Position numbers and translations under genes: made by a program. From NCBI RefSeq assembly GCF_050320075.1, contig NZ_CP190018.1: a stretch of 64,000 bases of DNA. The stretch is one strand, 5' to 3'. The DNA is from Escherichia coli (lineage in GTDB: Bacteria > Pseudomonadota > Gammaproteobacteria > Enterobacterales > Enterobacteriaceae). Below are positions 51,913 through 62,293 of this stretch, piece by piece; position 1 is the stretch's first letter, and every line of letters starts with the position of its first letter. Below the pieces are notes generated by a model. The model was not told where the DNA came from and made no database searches. It saw only the letters and a list, made by a program, of their open reading frames with translations.

Positions 51913-52059
51913 AATATAAAAAAACAAACAGTAAGCCGGTTTTTCCTGCGACCTTTTCCTGGCTTGCCGGTCTGAGGATGAGTCTCCTGTGTCAGGACTG
52001 GCACATCTGCAATGCGTCGTGTTGTTGTCCGGTGTACGTCACAATTTTCTTAACCTGAA

Positions 52060-52812
52060 GTGACGAGGAGCCGGAAAATGTCTGACAACACCATCCCTGA
52101 ATATCTGCAACCCGCACTGGCACAACTGGAAAAGGCCAGAGCCGCCCACCTTGAGAACGCCCGCCTGATGGATGAGACCGTCACGGCCATTGAACGGGCA
52201 GAGCAGGAAAAAAATGCGCTGGCGCAGGCCGACGGAAACGACGCTGACGACTGGCGCACGGCCTTTCGTGCAGCCGGTGGTGTCCTGAGCGATGAGCTGA
52301 AACAGCGCCACATTGAGCGCGTGGCACGCCGGGAGCTGGTACAGGAATATGACAATCTGGCCGTGGTGCTGAATTTTGAACGTGAACGCCTGAAAGGGGC
52401 GTGTGACAGCACGGCCACCGCCTACCGGAAGGCACATCATCACCTTCTGAGTCTGTATGCAGAGAATGAGCTGGAACACGCCCTGAATGAAACCTGTGAG
52501 GCGCTTGTCCGGGCAATGCATCTGAGTATCCTGGTACAGGAAAATCCGCTCGCCAACACCACCGGCCATCAGGGCTACGTCGCACCCGATAAAGCTGTCA
52601 TGCAGCAGGTGAAATCATCGCTGGAACAGAAAATTAAACAGATGCAAATCAGCCTCAGCGGTGAGCCGGTTCTCCGGCTGGCAGGACTGTCAGCGGCAAC
52701 ACTCCCGCACATGGATTATGAGGTGGCAGGCACACCGGCACAGCGCAAGGTGTGGCAGGACAAAATAGACCAGCAGGGAGCAGAGCTTAAGGCCAGAGGG
52801 CTGCTGTCATGA
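52060..52812 (+). CDS. sid: Sid-like capsid size-determination (external scaffold) protein
   Basis: 250-aa coiled-coil-rich ORF at the head of the late-right operon, followed by ogr/delta and psu as in P4. Confidence 0.65.
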   Translation: MTRSRKMSDNTIPEYLQPALAQLEKARAAHLENARLMDETVTAIERAEQEKNALAQADGNDADDWRTAFRAAGGVLSDELKQRHIERVARRELVQEYDNLAVVLNFERERLKGACDSTATAYRKAHHHLLSLYAENELEHALNETCEALVRAMHLSILVQENPLANTTGHQGYVAPDKAVMQQVKSSLEQKIKQMQISLSGEPVLRLAGLSAATLPHMDYEVAGTPAQRKVWQDKIDQQGAELKARGLLS

Positions 52813-53054
52813 TGCGCTGCCCTTTCTGTCGTCATTCAGCGCATACCCGCACCAGCCGGTATGTGAGTGACAATGTCAAAGAAAGTTATCTGCAGTGCCA
52901 GAATATTTACTGTTCGGCGACATTTAAAACGCATGAGTCAATTTGTGCCGTGATTCGTTCTCCGGTCACGGAGGAAAAACCAGCACCGGCAAGCACAGCA
53001 CCGGCTGTTGTCCGAAAAGTTAAAGGCTGTTACAGCTCACCATTCAACCATTAA
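52809..53054 (+). CDS. Ogr/Delta-family zinc-finger late transcription activator
   Basis: 81-aa ORF with CPFCRH...C..C Cys4 motif (MMRCPFCRHSAHTRTSRYV...YLQCQNIYCSATF). Confidence 0.85.
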   Translation: MMRCPFCRHSAHTRTSRYVSDNVKESYLQCQNIYCSATFKTHESICAVIRSPVTEEKPAPASTAPAVVRKVKGCYSSPFNH

Positions 53055-53068
53055 TCAGGAGACGGGGT

Positions 53069-53641
53069 GTGACCACAATGTCATTACAGCAGGCTTTTGA
53101 GGTCTGCCAGAATAACAAAGCGGCATGGCTGCAACGCAAAAATGAGCTGGCTGCAGCCGAACAGGAATATCTGCGGCTTCTGTCCGGGGAAGGCAGAAAC
53201 GTCAGCCGCCTGGACGAATTACGCAATATTATCGAAGTCAGAAAATGGCAGGTGAATCAGGCCGCCGGTCGTTATATTCGTTCGCATGAAGCCGTTCAGC
53301 ACATCAGCATCCGCGAGCGGCTGAATGATTTTATGCAGCAGCACGGCACAGCACTGGCGGCCGCACTGGCACCGGAGCTGATGGGCTACAGTGAGCTGAC
53401 GGCCATTGCCCGAAACTGTGCCATACAGCGTGCCACAGATGCCCTGCGTGAAGCCCTTCTGTCCTGGCTTGCGAAGGGGGAAAAAATTAATTATTCCGCG
53501 CAGGATAGCGACATTTTAACGACCATCGGATTCAGGCCTGACGCGGCTTCGGTGGATGACAACCGTGAAAAATTCACCCCTGCGCAGAACATGATTTTTT
53601 CGCGTAAAAGTGCGCAACTGGCATCACGTCAGTCTGTGTAA
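53069..53641 (+). CDS. psu: Psu-like polarity-suppression / capsid-decoration protein
   Basis: 190-aa ORF (same length as P4 Psu) directly after ogr/delta and directly before cos. Confidence 0.75.
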   Translation: MTTMSLQQAFEVCQNNKAAWLQRKNELAAAEQEYLRLLSGEGRNVSRLDELRNIIEVRKWQVNQAAGRYIRSHEAVQHISIRERLNDFMQQHGTALAAALAPELMGYSELTAIARNCAIQRATDALREALLSWLAKGEKINYSAQDSDILTTIGFRPDAASVDDNREKFTPAQNMIFSRKSAQLASRQSV

Positions 53642-53676
53642 AATTCCCCGAAAATCCGCCCGTTTTTACTGAAAAA

Positions 53677-53703
53677 AGCCATGCATCGATAAGGTGCATG
53701 GCT
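53677..53703 (+). terminator. Hairpin downstream of psu
   Basis: agccatgcatcgataaggtgcatggct inverted repeat followed by ttt. Confidence 0.4.
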
Positions 53704-53805
53704 TTGCATGCGTTTTCCTGCCTCATTTTCTGCAGACCGCGCCATTCCCGGCGCGGTCTGAGCGTGTCAGTGCAACTGCATTAAAACCGCCCCGCAAAGC
53801 GGGCG

Positions 53806-53824
53806 GGCGAGGCGGGGAAAGCAC
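53806..53824. other. cos site (P2/P4-type 19-nt cohesive end)
   Basis: ggcgaggcggggaaagcac matches the P2/P4 cohesive-end sequence as I recall it; located after psu as in P4. Confidence 0.75.
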
Positions 53825-53842
53825 TGCGCGCTAGGAACGAAA

Positions 53843-56563
53843 TTATTTGTAATTATTTATTATCTCTTCAATCTTCAAAAGTGCTTGTGAGAAATCACTT
53901 AATTTCCGTGTGTTGACTATATAGCGTAATAAACCTCTGATTGTCTCTGCTTCTGAGTTAAATCTAAATCCTTTATAGTTTTCAACAAGCTTGGATACTT
54001 TCTCAGGAAGATTGTCATAGCTGTCTGAAATCTCTGATGCTAATAAAAATAATTCAAATTTAATCTTTCTTTCTTCATTGAAATCAGTTGTGGAAATATT
54101 TTTGATAAATGATTTTATTTTATCTCTATTCTTTTCTGTTGATATTCTGTACAGATCATATAGTATTGTTTCAGCAGCTCTTGCTTTATCTGTATTCGGA
54201 TAAGAACTAATTTCATGAAGTAATTTATCGACCTTGCTGTCGTCTTCTATATTAACGCCCAGTTTTTTGGCTACTGAAAAAATATTAGCAAGGCCTCTAT
54301 TGACTATAGCTATCACCTCATACCTACCAAGGTTTCTACTTATTAACTTATCGAGAATCGTGTATATTAAAGTTTTTATGCTGTCAGTGGATAAAGTTTC
54401 ACTGTGGGTGTTGTACCTTATAACGACATATTCGGAAATAGCATCATAGAATGCTAGGTTGTGGTATGAGGACTTTAAAGTGTCGTTTAATGTTTTTAAT
54501 ACTACCGCGTCTTGCTCTGTGGTTATTTTCATTAAAGATAGTAGTTTTAATGCGTTGATTAACTTTCCTTCTATAGGGTTGAGAAACGTAGCGAACTTGC
54601 TATATGACTTCGCTAGGTTTTGCAGTACAGTATTTATTAACCAATCTAATTCTTTGGGTTGAACAGACAGCGATAATAGTTTTTTATCTTCTTTCCTTAG
54701 TATAAGAGATAGGGTTTTATTATCAATGTATTTAATGCATGAATATAATTCTAATCTTGTTAGAGAAATCTCGTCTTTATCAGAATCCTTGATTATTTTT
54801 ATTTCAATGAATTTGCGAATCACATCCTTGAATTCTTTATAAACATCAATTAAACATCCATTTTTTACAACAAAAATTATAAGGTTTTCGAAAAGAAATT
54901 CCGTTTTATGAAGATCCCCGTCAACTAATAACTTTGTATTTCTTTTTCTTATATCGCTATACTTTGTTAATAATGAGCTAACGGTGTAGTGAAGATTTAA
55001 TAAATAATTAAAGGTTACTAAATCATAGATTACGGAGACGGTTTTTTTTATATTTCTCGGTAAGTTATCATATAATTCATGAATTTTATTCTCCTCAAGA
55101 GTTGAGTATCTTTCTCTATTAATTGAAAAATCATACTTCAATCTATTCAAAATAATATTTTGATTGAAAAGCGATATGAGAATATTTGCATAGTCCTTTT
55201 GTCTGATCTCTTCTGATAATTCCTCCTCTATAATACTGTAAGCCTCATCGTATTTATTTAACTGGAAGCAATTATATTTCTTAGTCTTGTCTATACTATT
55301 TGCAACCTTATGGGGGCGTGTATAGGTAACTATTTCGTTATAGTTGAAATTAATTTCCTTATCTATTTTAATTAATGAATCATTTGGTAGCACTTCAGTA
55401 ATCAGTAGCACTTCATCATGTTTATCGTTTAAAACAATACCATATATACTTGCTTTTTTTAATATAAAAAATAATTTTTGGAGATGCGGCTTATAGTCTT
55501 TAACTTTTTTATCATTACTGAGTATACTCAAAAACTTCTTATAAAATCCTCTTAGCTCTATATTATTATCATTAGAGGTTACTTCGGTGTCATAAAATTG
55601 CAATAAAGCTTTTGGTCCATTGTCATCAATATACATTAAACCGCAATTAGTGAAACATCTGGTAACTTGTTCAGCAAGTATTGCATTTAACGATTGAAGA
55701 GATCTCACTCTTGAATAAATAGCATTAATTATTTCGATATCATCTAAGTCTGCACATAGTTCTAGGCTATTTAGGCTATGCAGGAAAGTATATAACTTGT
55801 TTGAATATGAATTGTTATTGAAAGGTTTGATTGTTTCATCGGTTAAAATAATAGTGGTTATACCATGACTTTCAAGATATTTTCTTTGAGCAGGAATATC
55901 TTCGAATACTACTAAATACATAGGGGGTCTAACAGATGAATGATTCTGAGTCCATTTAATTATTTGCTTTAGATCTATATCATTATATGAATACCCCAAA
56001 AATAGCACAGTATGGGTGGAAATAACACTTTTAACATAATTTTCAATTAAGGGAAAATTGAAGCTATAATTTAAGTAATCATCTTCTTTAAAGACGATGT
56101 TGTGATTTTTAAAATCACCATGCATTTTTATCAATTTTTTGCCAAGGTAAGATTTCATCAAATCTTTGTCACTGCTTATTATATTATAAAAGTAAGATTT
56201 GGCATTTATAGCTGCTTCAAGCAAAGTGTCCCAATTCGTTGTGATAACAGAGTGAGGATTCAGTTTAAATATTAGATCGTGAATCTTTGAATGGGGAACA
56301 TTTTCAGGAAAGAAATCTTTGATTCTTTTGTAGTAAAGATGCTCACCAAATGTGAGGTAATAAAGCTGTGCTATTTTTAAATAATCTGATTCATCTTTGA
56401 TATTGAGATCTGAAATGAGAGTGTCAATTAAGTCCCCCCATGAAGGCATTTTGATAGTTTTTGTTTCAGAGGATTTTGAAACACCAGCCCCTACAAAAAT
56501 AGCTAAAGACTCCTCATCTTTTGCTCTTAAAATACTAGCTATATGTTTGTTTAGCAAATCCAT
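53843..56563 (-). CDS. SIR2-domain protein (906 aa; N-terminal sirtuin-like NADase domain, about 600-aa C-terminal region of unknown function); candidate single-gene antiphage defence protein (DSR-like)
   Basis: N-terminal motifs FVGAGVS, ITTNWD, KMHGD and LFLGYSYND fit the SIR2 family; no Walker A/B motifs seen in the remainder. Gene is markedly more AT-rich than the P4 backbone and occupies the cos-to-int slot where P4 has gop/beta/cII. Confidence 0.8.
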   Translation of the reverse strand: MDLLNKHIASILRAKDEESLAIFVGAGVSKSSETKTIKMPSWGDLIDTLISDLNIKDESDYLKIAQLYYLTFGEHLYYKRIKDFFPENVPHSKIHDLIFKLNPHSVITTNWDTLLEAAINAKSYFYNIISSDKDLMKSYLGKKLIKMHGDFKNHNIVFKEDDYLNYSFNFPLIENYVKSVISTHTVLFLGYSYNDIDLKQIIKWTQNHSSVRPPMYLVVFEDIPAQRKYLESHGITTIILTDETIKPFNNNSYSNKLYTFLHSLNSLELCADLDDIEIINAIYSRVRSLQSLNAILAEQVTRCFTNCGLMYIDDNGPKALLQFYDTEVTSNDNNIELRGFYKKFLSILSNDKKVKDYKPHLQKLFFILKKASIYGIVLNDKHDEVLLITEVLPNDSLIKIDKEINFNYNEIVTYTRPHKVANSIDKTKKYNCFQLNKYDEAYSIIEEELSEEIRQKDYANILISLFNQNIILNRLKYDFSINRERYSTLEENKIHELYDNLPRNIKKTVSVIYDLVTFNYLLNLHYTVSSLLTKYSDIRKRNTKLLVDGDLHKTEFLFENLIIFVVKNGCLIDVYKEFKDVIRKFIEIKIIKDSDKDEISLTRLELYSCIKYIDNKTLSLILRKEDKKLLSLSVQPKELDWLINTVLQNLAKSYSKFATFLNPIEGKLINALKLLSLMKITTEQDAVVLKTLNDTLKSSYHNLAFYDAISEYVVIRYNTHSETLSTDSIKTLIYTILDKLISRNLGRYEVIAIVNRGLANIFSVAKKLGVNIEDDSKVDKLLHEISSYPNTDKARAAETILYDLYRISTEKNRDKIKSFIKNISTTDFNEERKIKFELFLLASEISDSYDNLPEKVSKLVENYKGFRFNSEAETIRGLLRYIVNTRKLSDFSQALLKIEEIINNYK

Positions 56564-56575
56564 TGTATATACCTC

Positions 56576-57739
56576 TCAATATAATTTATCTGAATACCAT
56601 TGCATCATTTTTTTTCTATGTTCAAGATATTGAGCATGATTGTAAGTCCCTCGGATTCTGTTTTTATCAACATGTGCCAATTGTATTTCAATCCATGCGC
56701 TATCAAACCCTTGTTCGTGCAATATTGTCGACATGGTATGCCGAAAACCGTGACCTGTAGCACGGCCTTTGTAGCCAATTAACTCAATCACTTGTGAAAC
56801 ACTTTCTTTTGAGATTGGCTTGCTGCGGTTGTTCCTGCCAATAAAGATGTAAGGGTAATGGCCGGTAATAGGTTTGAGCTGTTTGAAAAGGTCAACTACC
56901 TGAGTAGATAAAGGAACAATGTGAGGTCTACGCATTTTCATACGTTCCGCTGGTATCTCCCATATACCTTTTTCGAGGTCTACTTCTTCCCACGTAGCAA
57001 AGCGCATCTCCTGCGTTCTTACACCAGTCAGCATGACTATCTTCGTAGCATTTTTGGTGATGATGCTACCGGTATACGCTTCAAGATCTCGAATAAAATG
57101 AGGCAACTCTTCAGCGGATAAAAATGGATGGTGTTTTTGCTTGGGAACGGCCAGAGCGATAGCTAAATCAGGTGCAGGATTGTACTCAGCACGGCCAGTT
57201 ATGATTGCATAGCGATAAACCTCACCGCATCTTTGACGCACCTTGCGTGTTTTCTCTAGTGCTCCACGTTTTTCGATTCGTCGTAATACTTCAAGCAGTT
57301 CTAATGGTTTGATTTCACTGATAGGACGTTTACCAATGAACGGGAAGACATCTTGCTCGAATGTCTTAATGATTTCTTCTCGATAGGCCACAGTCCAGCG
57401 GTCAGCTTTGTTGGTATGCCATTCTCGACATATTGCTTCGAAAGAATTTTCTGTTGATAGCTTTTGGGCGAGTCTTAAAGCTTTGCGTTCCTCTACCGGG
57501 TCAATGCCATTAGCAACCTGCTTACGGGCGATATCACGCTTCTCACGTGCTTCTGCGAGGCTTACTAAATCGTAGCTGCCAAATGACATTAACCGCGCTT
57601 TCCCTGCAAACCGGAAACGGAAACGCCAGCCTTTCGAGCCATCGGGATTGATAAGCAATGACAGACCTTGTCCATCGTTCAATGTGTATGGCTTGTCTTG
57701 TGGTTTTGCACGTTTGATCTGTATATCGGTGAGAGCCAT
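56576..57739 (-). CDS. int: Tyrosine integrase (P4-type)
   Basis: 387-aa ORF; C-terminal catalytic residues (HGFRHT ... RGTYNHAQY); adjacent to the tRNA gene. Confidence 0.9.
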   Translation of the reverse strand: MALTDIQIKRAKPQDKPYTLNDGQGLSLLINPDGSKGWRFRFRFAGKARLMSFGSYDLVSLAEAREKRDIARKQVANGIDPVEERKALRLAQKLSTENSFEAICREWHTNKADRWTVAYREEIIKTFEQDVFPFIGKRPISEIKPLELLEVLRRIEKRGALEKTRKVRQRCGEVYRYAIITGRAEYNPAPDLAIALAVPKQKHHPFLSAEELPHFIRDLEAYTGSIITKNATKIVMLTGVRTQEMRFATWEEVDLEKGIWEIPAERMKMRRPHIVPLSTQVVDLFKQLKPITGHYPYIFIGRNNRSKPISKESVSQVIELIGYKGRATGHGFRHTMSTILHEQGFDSAWIEIQLAHVDKNRIRGTYNHAQYLEHRKKMMQWYSDKLY

Positions 57740-57901
57740 GTGTATAACTGAAAACTACTTATAAAAAATCTATACACATTACTATACATATTTTTCGCGG
57801 ATTTAGGGAGACGATCTCGGACTGTTACGGATAAGATGATTATTCATCATATTGAATATAAAGGGTTTTATGGATCATCTCGGAACTGGCTGGATGAAGT
57901 T

Positions 57902-57996
57902 TGGCGGAAGATCACAGGAGTCGAACCTGCCCGGGACCGCTGGCGGCCCCAACTGGATTTGAAGTCCAGCCGCCTCACCGGAGACGACGATCTTCC
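57902..57996 (-). tRNA. selC: tRNA-Sec (selenocysteine tRNA)
   Basis: 95-nt minus-strand sequence GGAAGATCGTCGTCTCCGGTGAGGCGGCTGGACTTCAAATCCAGTTGGGGCCGCCAGCGGTCCCGGGCAGGTTCGACTCCTGTGATCTTCCGCCA, with the long extra arm and CCA end of E. coli selC. Confidence 0.95.
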
Positions 57997-58288
57997 GCGC
58001 CTCGATTGCTACATGGAGGCGGGGCGCATTATAGCTACTTCCTTGAGTTTCTACATCCCCCAGATCAGTTTTTTCCGCCTAATACACGCAGCGTATTATC
58101 ACGGAAGCATTATAATTCATATAAAACCCATATTTTACAATGATATATGAGCGGAATTAACGCTACCACGATCACATAAAACAAGAATCATAAATTAATA
58201 ACCAGATATCGGAATATTCGCTCTCACAGGGATGGTTTACAAAATGCGTTATCGGTCTCAGCACCCCTATAGCATCAAGGAAAAGCAG

Positions 58289-59671
58289 ATGAAGAGTGAA
58301 GTGTTGTCCGTTAAAGAGAAAATTGGTTATGGCATGGGAGACGCCGCCAGCCACATTATTTTCGATAACGTAATGTTATATATGATGTTCTTTTATACCG
58401 ATATTTTTGGCATTCCTGCCGGATTTGTCGGAACTATGTTTTTGGTCGCTCGTGCACTGGATGCGATTTCCGATCCTTGCATGGGGTTGTTGGCCGATCG
58501 AACGCGCTCTCGCTGGGGTAAATTTCGTCCGTGGGTACTGTTTGGCGCACTGCCATTTGGGATCGTCTGTGTACTGGCCTATAGCACGCCAGATCTCAGT
58601 ATGAACGGAAAAATGATTTATGCAGCAATTACTTACACCCTACTTACCTTACTTTATACCATCGTTAATATCCCTTACTGCGCATTGGGTGGTGTAATCA
58701 CCAATGACCCGACTCAGCGTATCTCGCTGCAATCCTGGCGTTTTGTGCTGGCGACCGCGGGAGGCATGCTCTCTACTGTGCTGATGATGCCGCTGGTTAA
58801 TTTAATTGGTGGTGATAATAAACCACTCGGTTTCCAGGGCGGTATCGCGGTCCTTTCCGTGGTGGCATTCATGATGCTGGCATTTTGTTTCTTTACCACT
58901 AAAGAACGCGTTGAAGCACCACCTACAACGACGTCTATGCGGGAAGATTTACGTGATATCTGGCAAAACGATCAGTGGCGGATTGTCGGTTTACTGACCA
59001 TTTTCAATATTCTGGCGGTGTGCGTACGCGGCGGGGCGATGATGTATTACGTCACATGGATTTTGGGTACGCCGGAAGTGTTTGTCGCTTTTCTTACCAC
59101 TTATTGCGTGGGTAACCTGATTGGTTCCGCACTGGCGAAACCGCTGACCGACTGGAAATGTAAAGTCACTATCTTCTGGTGGACGAACGCCCTGCTGGCA
59201 GTGATTAGCCTCGCGATGTTCTTTGTTCCTATGCAGGCCAGCATCACTATGTTTGTCTTCATCTTCGTGATTGGTGTGTTGCATCAACTGGTGACACCTA
59301 TCCAGTGGGTAATGATGTCCGATACCGTCGACTACGGCGAGTGGTGCAATGGTAAACGCCTGACCGGGATCAGTTTTGCTGGCACGCTGTTTGTGCTCAA
59401 GCTGGGGTTGGCCTTCGGCGGCGCTCTTATCGGCTGGATGCTGGCTTATGGCGGATATGATGCGGCAGAAAAAGCGCAGAACAGCGCCACGATTAGCATC
59501 ATTATCGCGCTATTCACGATTGTTCCGGCGATCTGTTATTTGCTGAGCGCGATTATCGCTAAACGCTACTACTCACTCACGACGCACAATCTGAAAACCG
59601 TTATGGAACAGCTGGCTCAGGGCAAACGCCGTTGCCAGCAACAATTCACCTCTCAAAATGTGCAGAACTAA
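58289..59671 (+). CDS. yicJ: MFS glycoside-pentoside-hexuronide:cation symporter family transporter
   Basis: Track ORF 479 aa; trimmed to MKSEVLSVKEK start (460 aa); operon with the downstream alpha-xylosidase. Confidence 0.85.
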   Translation: MKSEVLSVKEKIGYGMGDAASHIIFDNVMLYMMFFYTDIFGIPAGFVGTMFLVARALDAISDPCMGLLADRTRSRWGKFRPWVLFGALPFGIVCVLAYSTPDLSMNGKMIYAAITYTLLTLLYTIVNIPYCALGGVITNDPTQRISLQSWRFVLATAGGMLSTVLMMPLVNLIGGDNKPLGFQGGIAVLSVVAFMMLAFCFFTTKERVEAPPTTTSMREDLRDIWQNDQWRIVGLLTIFNILAVCVRGGAMMYYVTWILGTPEVFVAFLTTYCVGNLIGSALAKPLTDWKCKVTIFWWTNALLAVISLAMFFVPMQASITMFVFIFVIGVLHQLVTPIQWVMMSDTVDYGEWCNGKRLTGISFAGTLFVLKLGLAFGGALIGWMLAYGGYDAAEKAQNSATISIIIALFTIVPAICYLLSAIIAKRYYSLTTHNLKTVMEQLAQGKRRCQQQFTSQNVQN

Positions 59672-59680
59672 GGAACGGCA

Positions 59681-61999
59681 ATGAAAATTAGCGACGGAAA
59701 CTGGTTGATTCAACCTGGCCTCAATTTGATTCACCCGCTTCAGGTGTTCGAGGTTGAACAGCAGGGTAATGAAATGGTGGTCTATGCTGCCCCTCGTGAT
59801 GTGCGTGAACGTACCTGGCAGCTTGATACGCCTTTATTTACGCTGCGCTTTTTCTCCCCACAGGAAGGTATTGTCGGTGTACGGATTGAGCATTTTCAGG
59901 GGGCGCTGAATAACGGTCCTCATTACCCGCTCAATATTTTGCAGGACGTGAAGGTCACAATCGAAAACACAGAACGTTACGCTGAGTTTAAAAGTGGCAA
60001 CTTAAGTGCGCGTGTCAGCAAAGGTGAGTTCTGGTCACTGGATTTTCTGCGTAACGGCGAACGTATTACCGGTAGTCAGGTGAAAAATAATGGCTACGTG
60101 CAGGACACGAATAATCAACGAAATTATATGTTTGAGCGGCTGGATCTTGGCGTTGGCGAAACAGTTTACGGTCTGGGAGAGCGCTTTACTGCGCTGGTGC
60201 GCAATGGCCAGACGGTAGAGACCTGGAACCGGGACGGCGGCACAAGTACTGAACAGGCGTATAAAAATATCCCGTTCTATATGACTAACCGTGGCTATGG
60301 GGTACTGGTCAATCATCCTCAATGCGTCTCTTTTGAAGTGGGATCGGAGAAAGTCTCCAAAGTGCAGTTCAGCGTTGAGAGTGAATATCTCGAATACTTT
60401 GTTATCGACGGCCCGACGCCGAAAGCGGTACTTGATCGTTATACCCGTTTTACTGGTCGTCCGGCGCTGCCGCCCGCGTGGTCCTTCGGCCTGTGGCTAA
60501 CCACTTCATTTACCACCAACTACGACGAAGCGACGGTAAACAGTTTTATCGATGGTATGGCGGAACGCAATCTGCCACTGCATGTTTTCCACTTTGACTG
60601 TTTCTGGATGAAAGCCTTCCAGTGGTGCGATTTTGAGTGGGACCCGCTGACTTTCCCGGACCCGGAAGGGATGATCCGCCGCCTGAAAGCGAAAGGGCTA
60701 AAAATCTGCGTCTGGATTAACCCCTATATCGGGCAAAAATCCCCTGTCTTTAAAGAGTTACAAGAGAAAGGCTATTTACTCAAACGCCCGGACGGTTCGT
60801 TATGGCAGTGGGATAAATGGCAGCCAGGTCTGGCGATTTATGACTTTACCAATCCGGATGCCTGCAAATGGTACGCCGACAAACTGAAAGGTCTGGTCGC
60901 GATGGGCGTTGATTGCTTTAAGACCGACTTTGGCGAACGTATTCCAACCGATGTTCAGTGGTTTGACGGTTCCGATCCGCAGAAAATGCATAACCATTAT
61001 GCGTACATCTACAACGAACTGGTGTGGAAAGTGCTCAAGGAAACCGTTGGCGAGGAAGAAGCCGTCTTGTTTGCTCGCTCGGCCTCCGTTGGTGCGCAGA
61101 AATTCCCGGTACACTGGGGTGGTGACTGTTACGCTAACTACGAATCAATGGCGGAAAGCCTGCGCGGTGGTTTGTCTATTGGCCTTTCAGGTTTTGGTTT
61201 CTGGAGCCACGATATCGGCGGCTTTGAGAATACCGCGCCGGCGCACGTTTACAAACGCTGGTGCGCGTTTGGTTTGCTCTCCAGCCATAGCCGTTTACAC
61301 GGCAGCAAATCTTATCGTGTGCCGTGGGCCTACGATGATGAGTCCTGTGATGTGGTGCGCTTCTTCACGCAACTGAAATGCCGCATGATGCCGTATCTGT
61401 ATCGTGAAGCTGCTCGTGCGAACGCGCGGGGTACGCCGATGATGCGGGCCATGATGATGGAGTTTCCGGACGATCCGGCTTGTGATTACCTTGACCGTCA
61501 ATACATGTTAGGCGACAACGTGATGGTTGCGCCTGTGTTCACTGAATCGGGCGATGTGCAGTTCTACTTGCCTGAAGGTCGCTGGACACACCTGTGGCAC
61601 AACGATGAACTCGATGGTAGTCGCTGGCATAAACAGCAGCACAGCTTCCTGAGTCTGCCCGTTTATGTGCGTGATAACACCCTACTGGCGCTGGGCAACA
61701 ACGAGCAACGTCCCGATTACGCGTGGCACGAAGGCACGGCATTCCAGCTCTTTAATCTACAAGACGGGCATGAAGCCATCTGTGAAGTGCCCGCTGCTGA
61801 CGGTTCCGTTCTTTTCACCCTGAAAGCGGCGCGTACTGGCAACACGATTACTGTGACTGGTGCGGGCGAGGCGAAGAACTGGACACTGTGCTTGCGCAAT
61901 ATTGTGAAAGTAAATGGTCTGCAAGGCGGTTCGCAGGCTGAAAGTGAGCAGGGACTGGTGGTGACTCCTCAAGGGAATGCGCTGACAATTACGTTGTAA
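59681..61999 (+). CDS. yicI: Alpha-xylosidase (glycoside hydrolase family 31)
   Basis: 772-aa ORF with GH31 catalytic-region motifs ([15 protein letters not shown]). Confidence 0.9.
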   Translation: MKISDGNWLIQPGLNLIHPLQVFEVEQQGNEMVVYAAPRDVRERTWQLDTPLFTLRFFSPQEGIVGVRIEHFQGALNNGPHYPLNILQDVKVTIENTERYAEFKSGNLSARVSKGEFWSLDFLRNGERITGSQVKNNGYVQDTNNQRNYMFERLDLGVGETVYGLGERFTALVRNGQTVETWNRDGGTSTEQAYKNIPFYMTNRGYGVLVNHPQCVSFEVGSEKVSKVQFSVESEYLEYFVIDGPTPKAVLDRYTRFTGRPALPPAWSFGLWLTTSFTTNYDEATVNSFIDGMAERNLPLHVFHFDCFWMKAFQWCDFEWDPLTFPDPEGMIRRLKAKGLKICVWINPYIGQKSPVFKELQEKGYLLKRPDGSLWQWDKWQPGLAIYDFTNPDACKWYADKLKGLVAMGVDCFKTDFGERIPTDVQWFDGSDPQKMHNHYAYIYNELVWKVLKETVGEEEAVLFARSASVGAQKFPVHWGGDCYANYESMAESLRGGLSIGLSGFGFWSHDIGGFENTAPAHVYKRWCAFGLLSSHSRLHGSKSYRVPWAYDDESCDVVRFFTQLKCRMMPYLYREAARANARGTPMMRAMMMEFPDDPACDYLDRQYMLGDNVMVAPVFTESGDVQFYLPEGRWTHLWHNDELDGSRWHKQQHSFLSLPVYVRDNTLLALGNNEQRPDYAWHEGTAFQLFNLQDGHEAICEVPAADGSVLFTLKAARTGNTITVTGAGEAKNWTLCLRNIVKVNGLQGGSQAESEQGLVVTPQGNALTITL

Positions 62000-62293
62000 T
62001 CTATTGAAGAATGCCGGATACGAATGGTTTTGTGTCGTATCCGGTAAATAATCTCACATCTGGTAATAAATATTTCTTCCATCGTATTTGCGAGCATGAT
62101 CACGATTATTCATCACGAAAATGTGATCTGTGCCGAAAAATATCTATTAACCGCCCCGTTTTGTTTTATACATGTCCGGACTACGGACAGATTTTAGTAT
62201 TGTTGTGAAATTATTCTGCTTTATATTTACCCTCAGAGATGGCAACTGAAGCTCTTCCACATGGGGCTTCTTAATCTGTGATAAGGGTAAAAA

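Larger units (their letters stand above)
46641..57901. mobile_element. P4/phiR73-like satellite prophage (about 11.3 kb) integrated at the 3' end of selC
   Basis: Bounded by intact selC (57902-57996) and a 23-bp direct repeat of the selC 3' end at 46641-46663; contains P4-type crr/ori iterons, alpha primase, vis, sid, ogr/delta, psu, cos and a tyrosine integrase next to the tRNA. Confidence 0.85.

Noticed and set aside
52039-52585. Minus-strand ORFs (122-176 aa) overlapping sid
   Set aside because: Antisense to the sid ORF, which sits in the expected P4 position; Arg/Ser-rich composition typical of GC-rich antisense frames.
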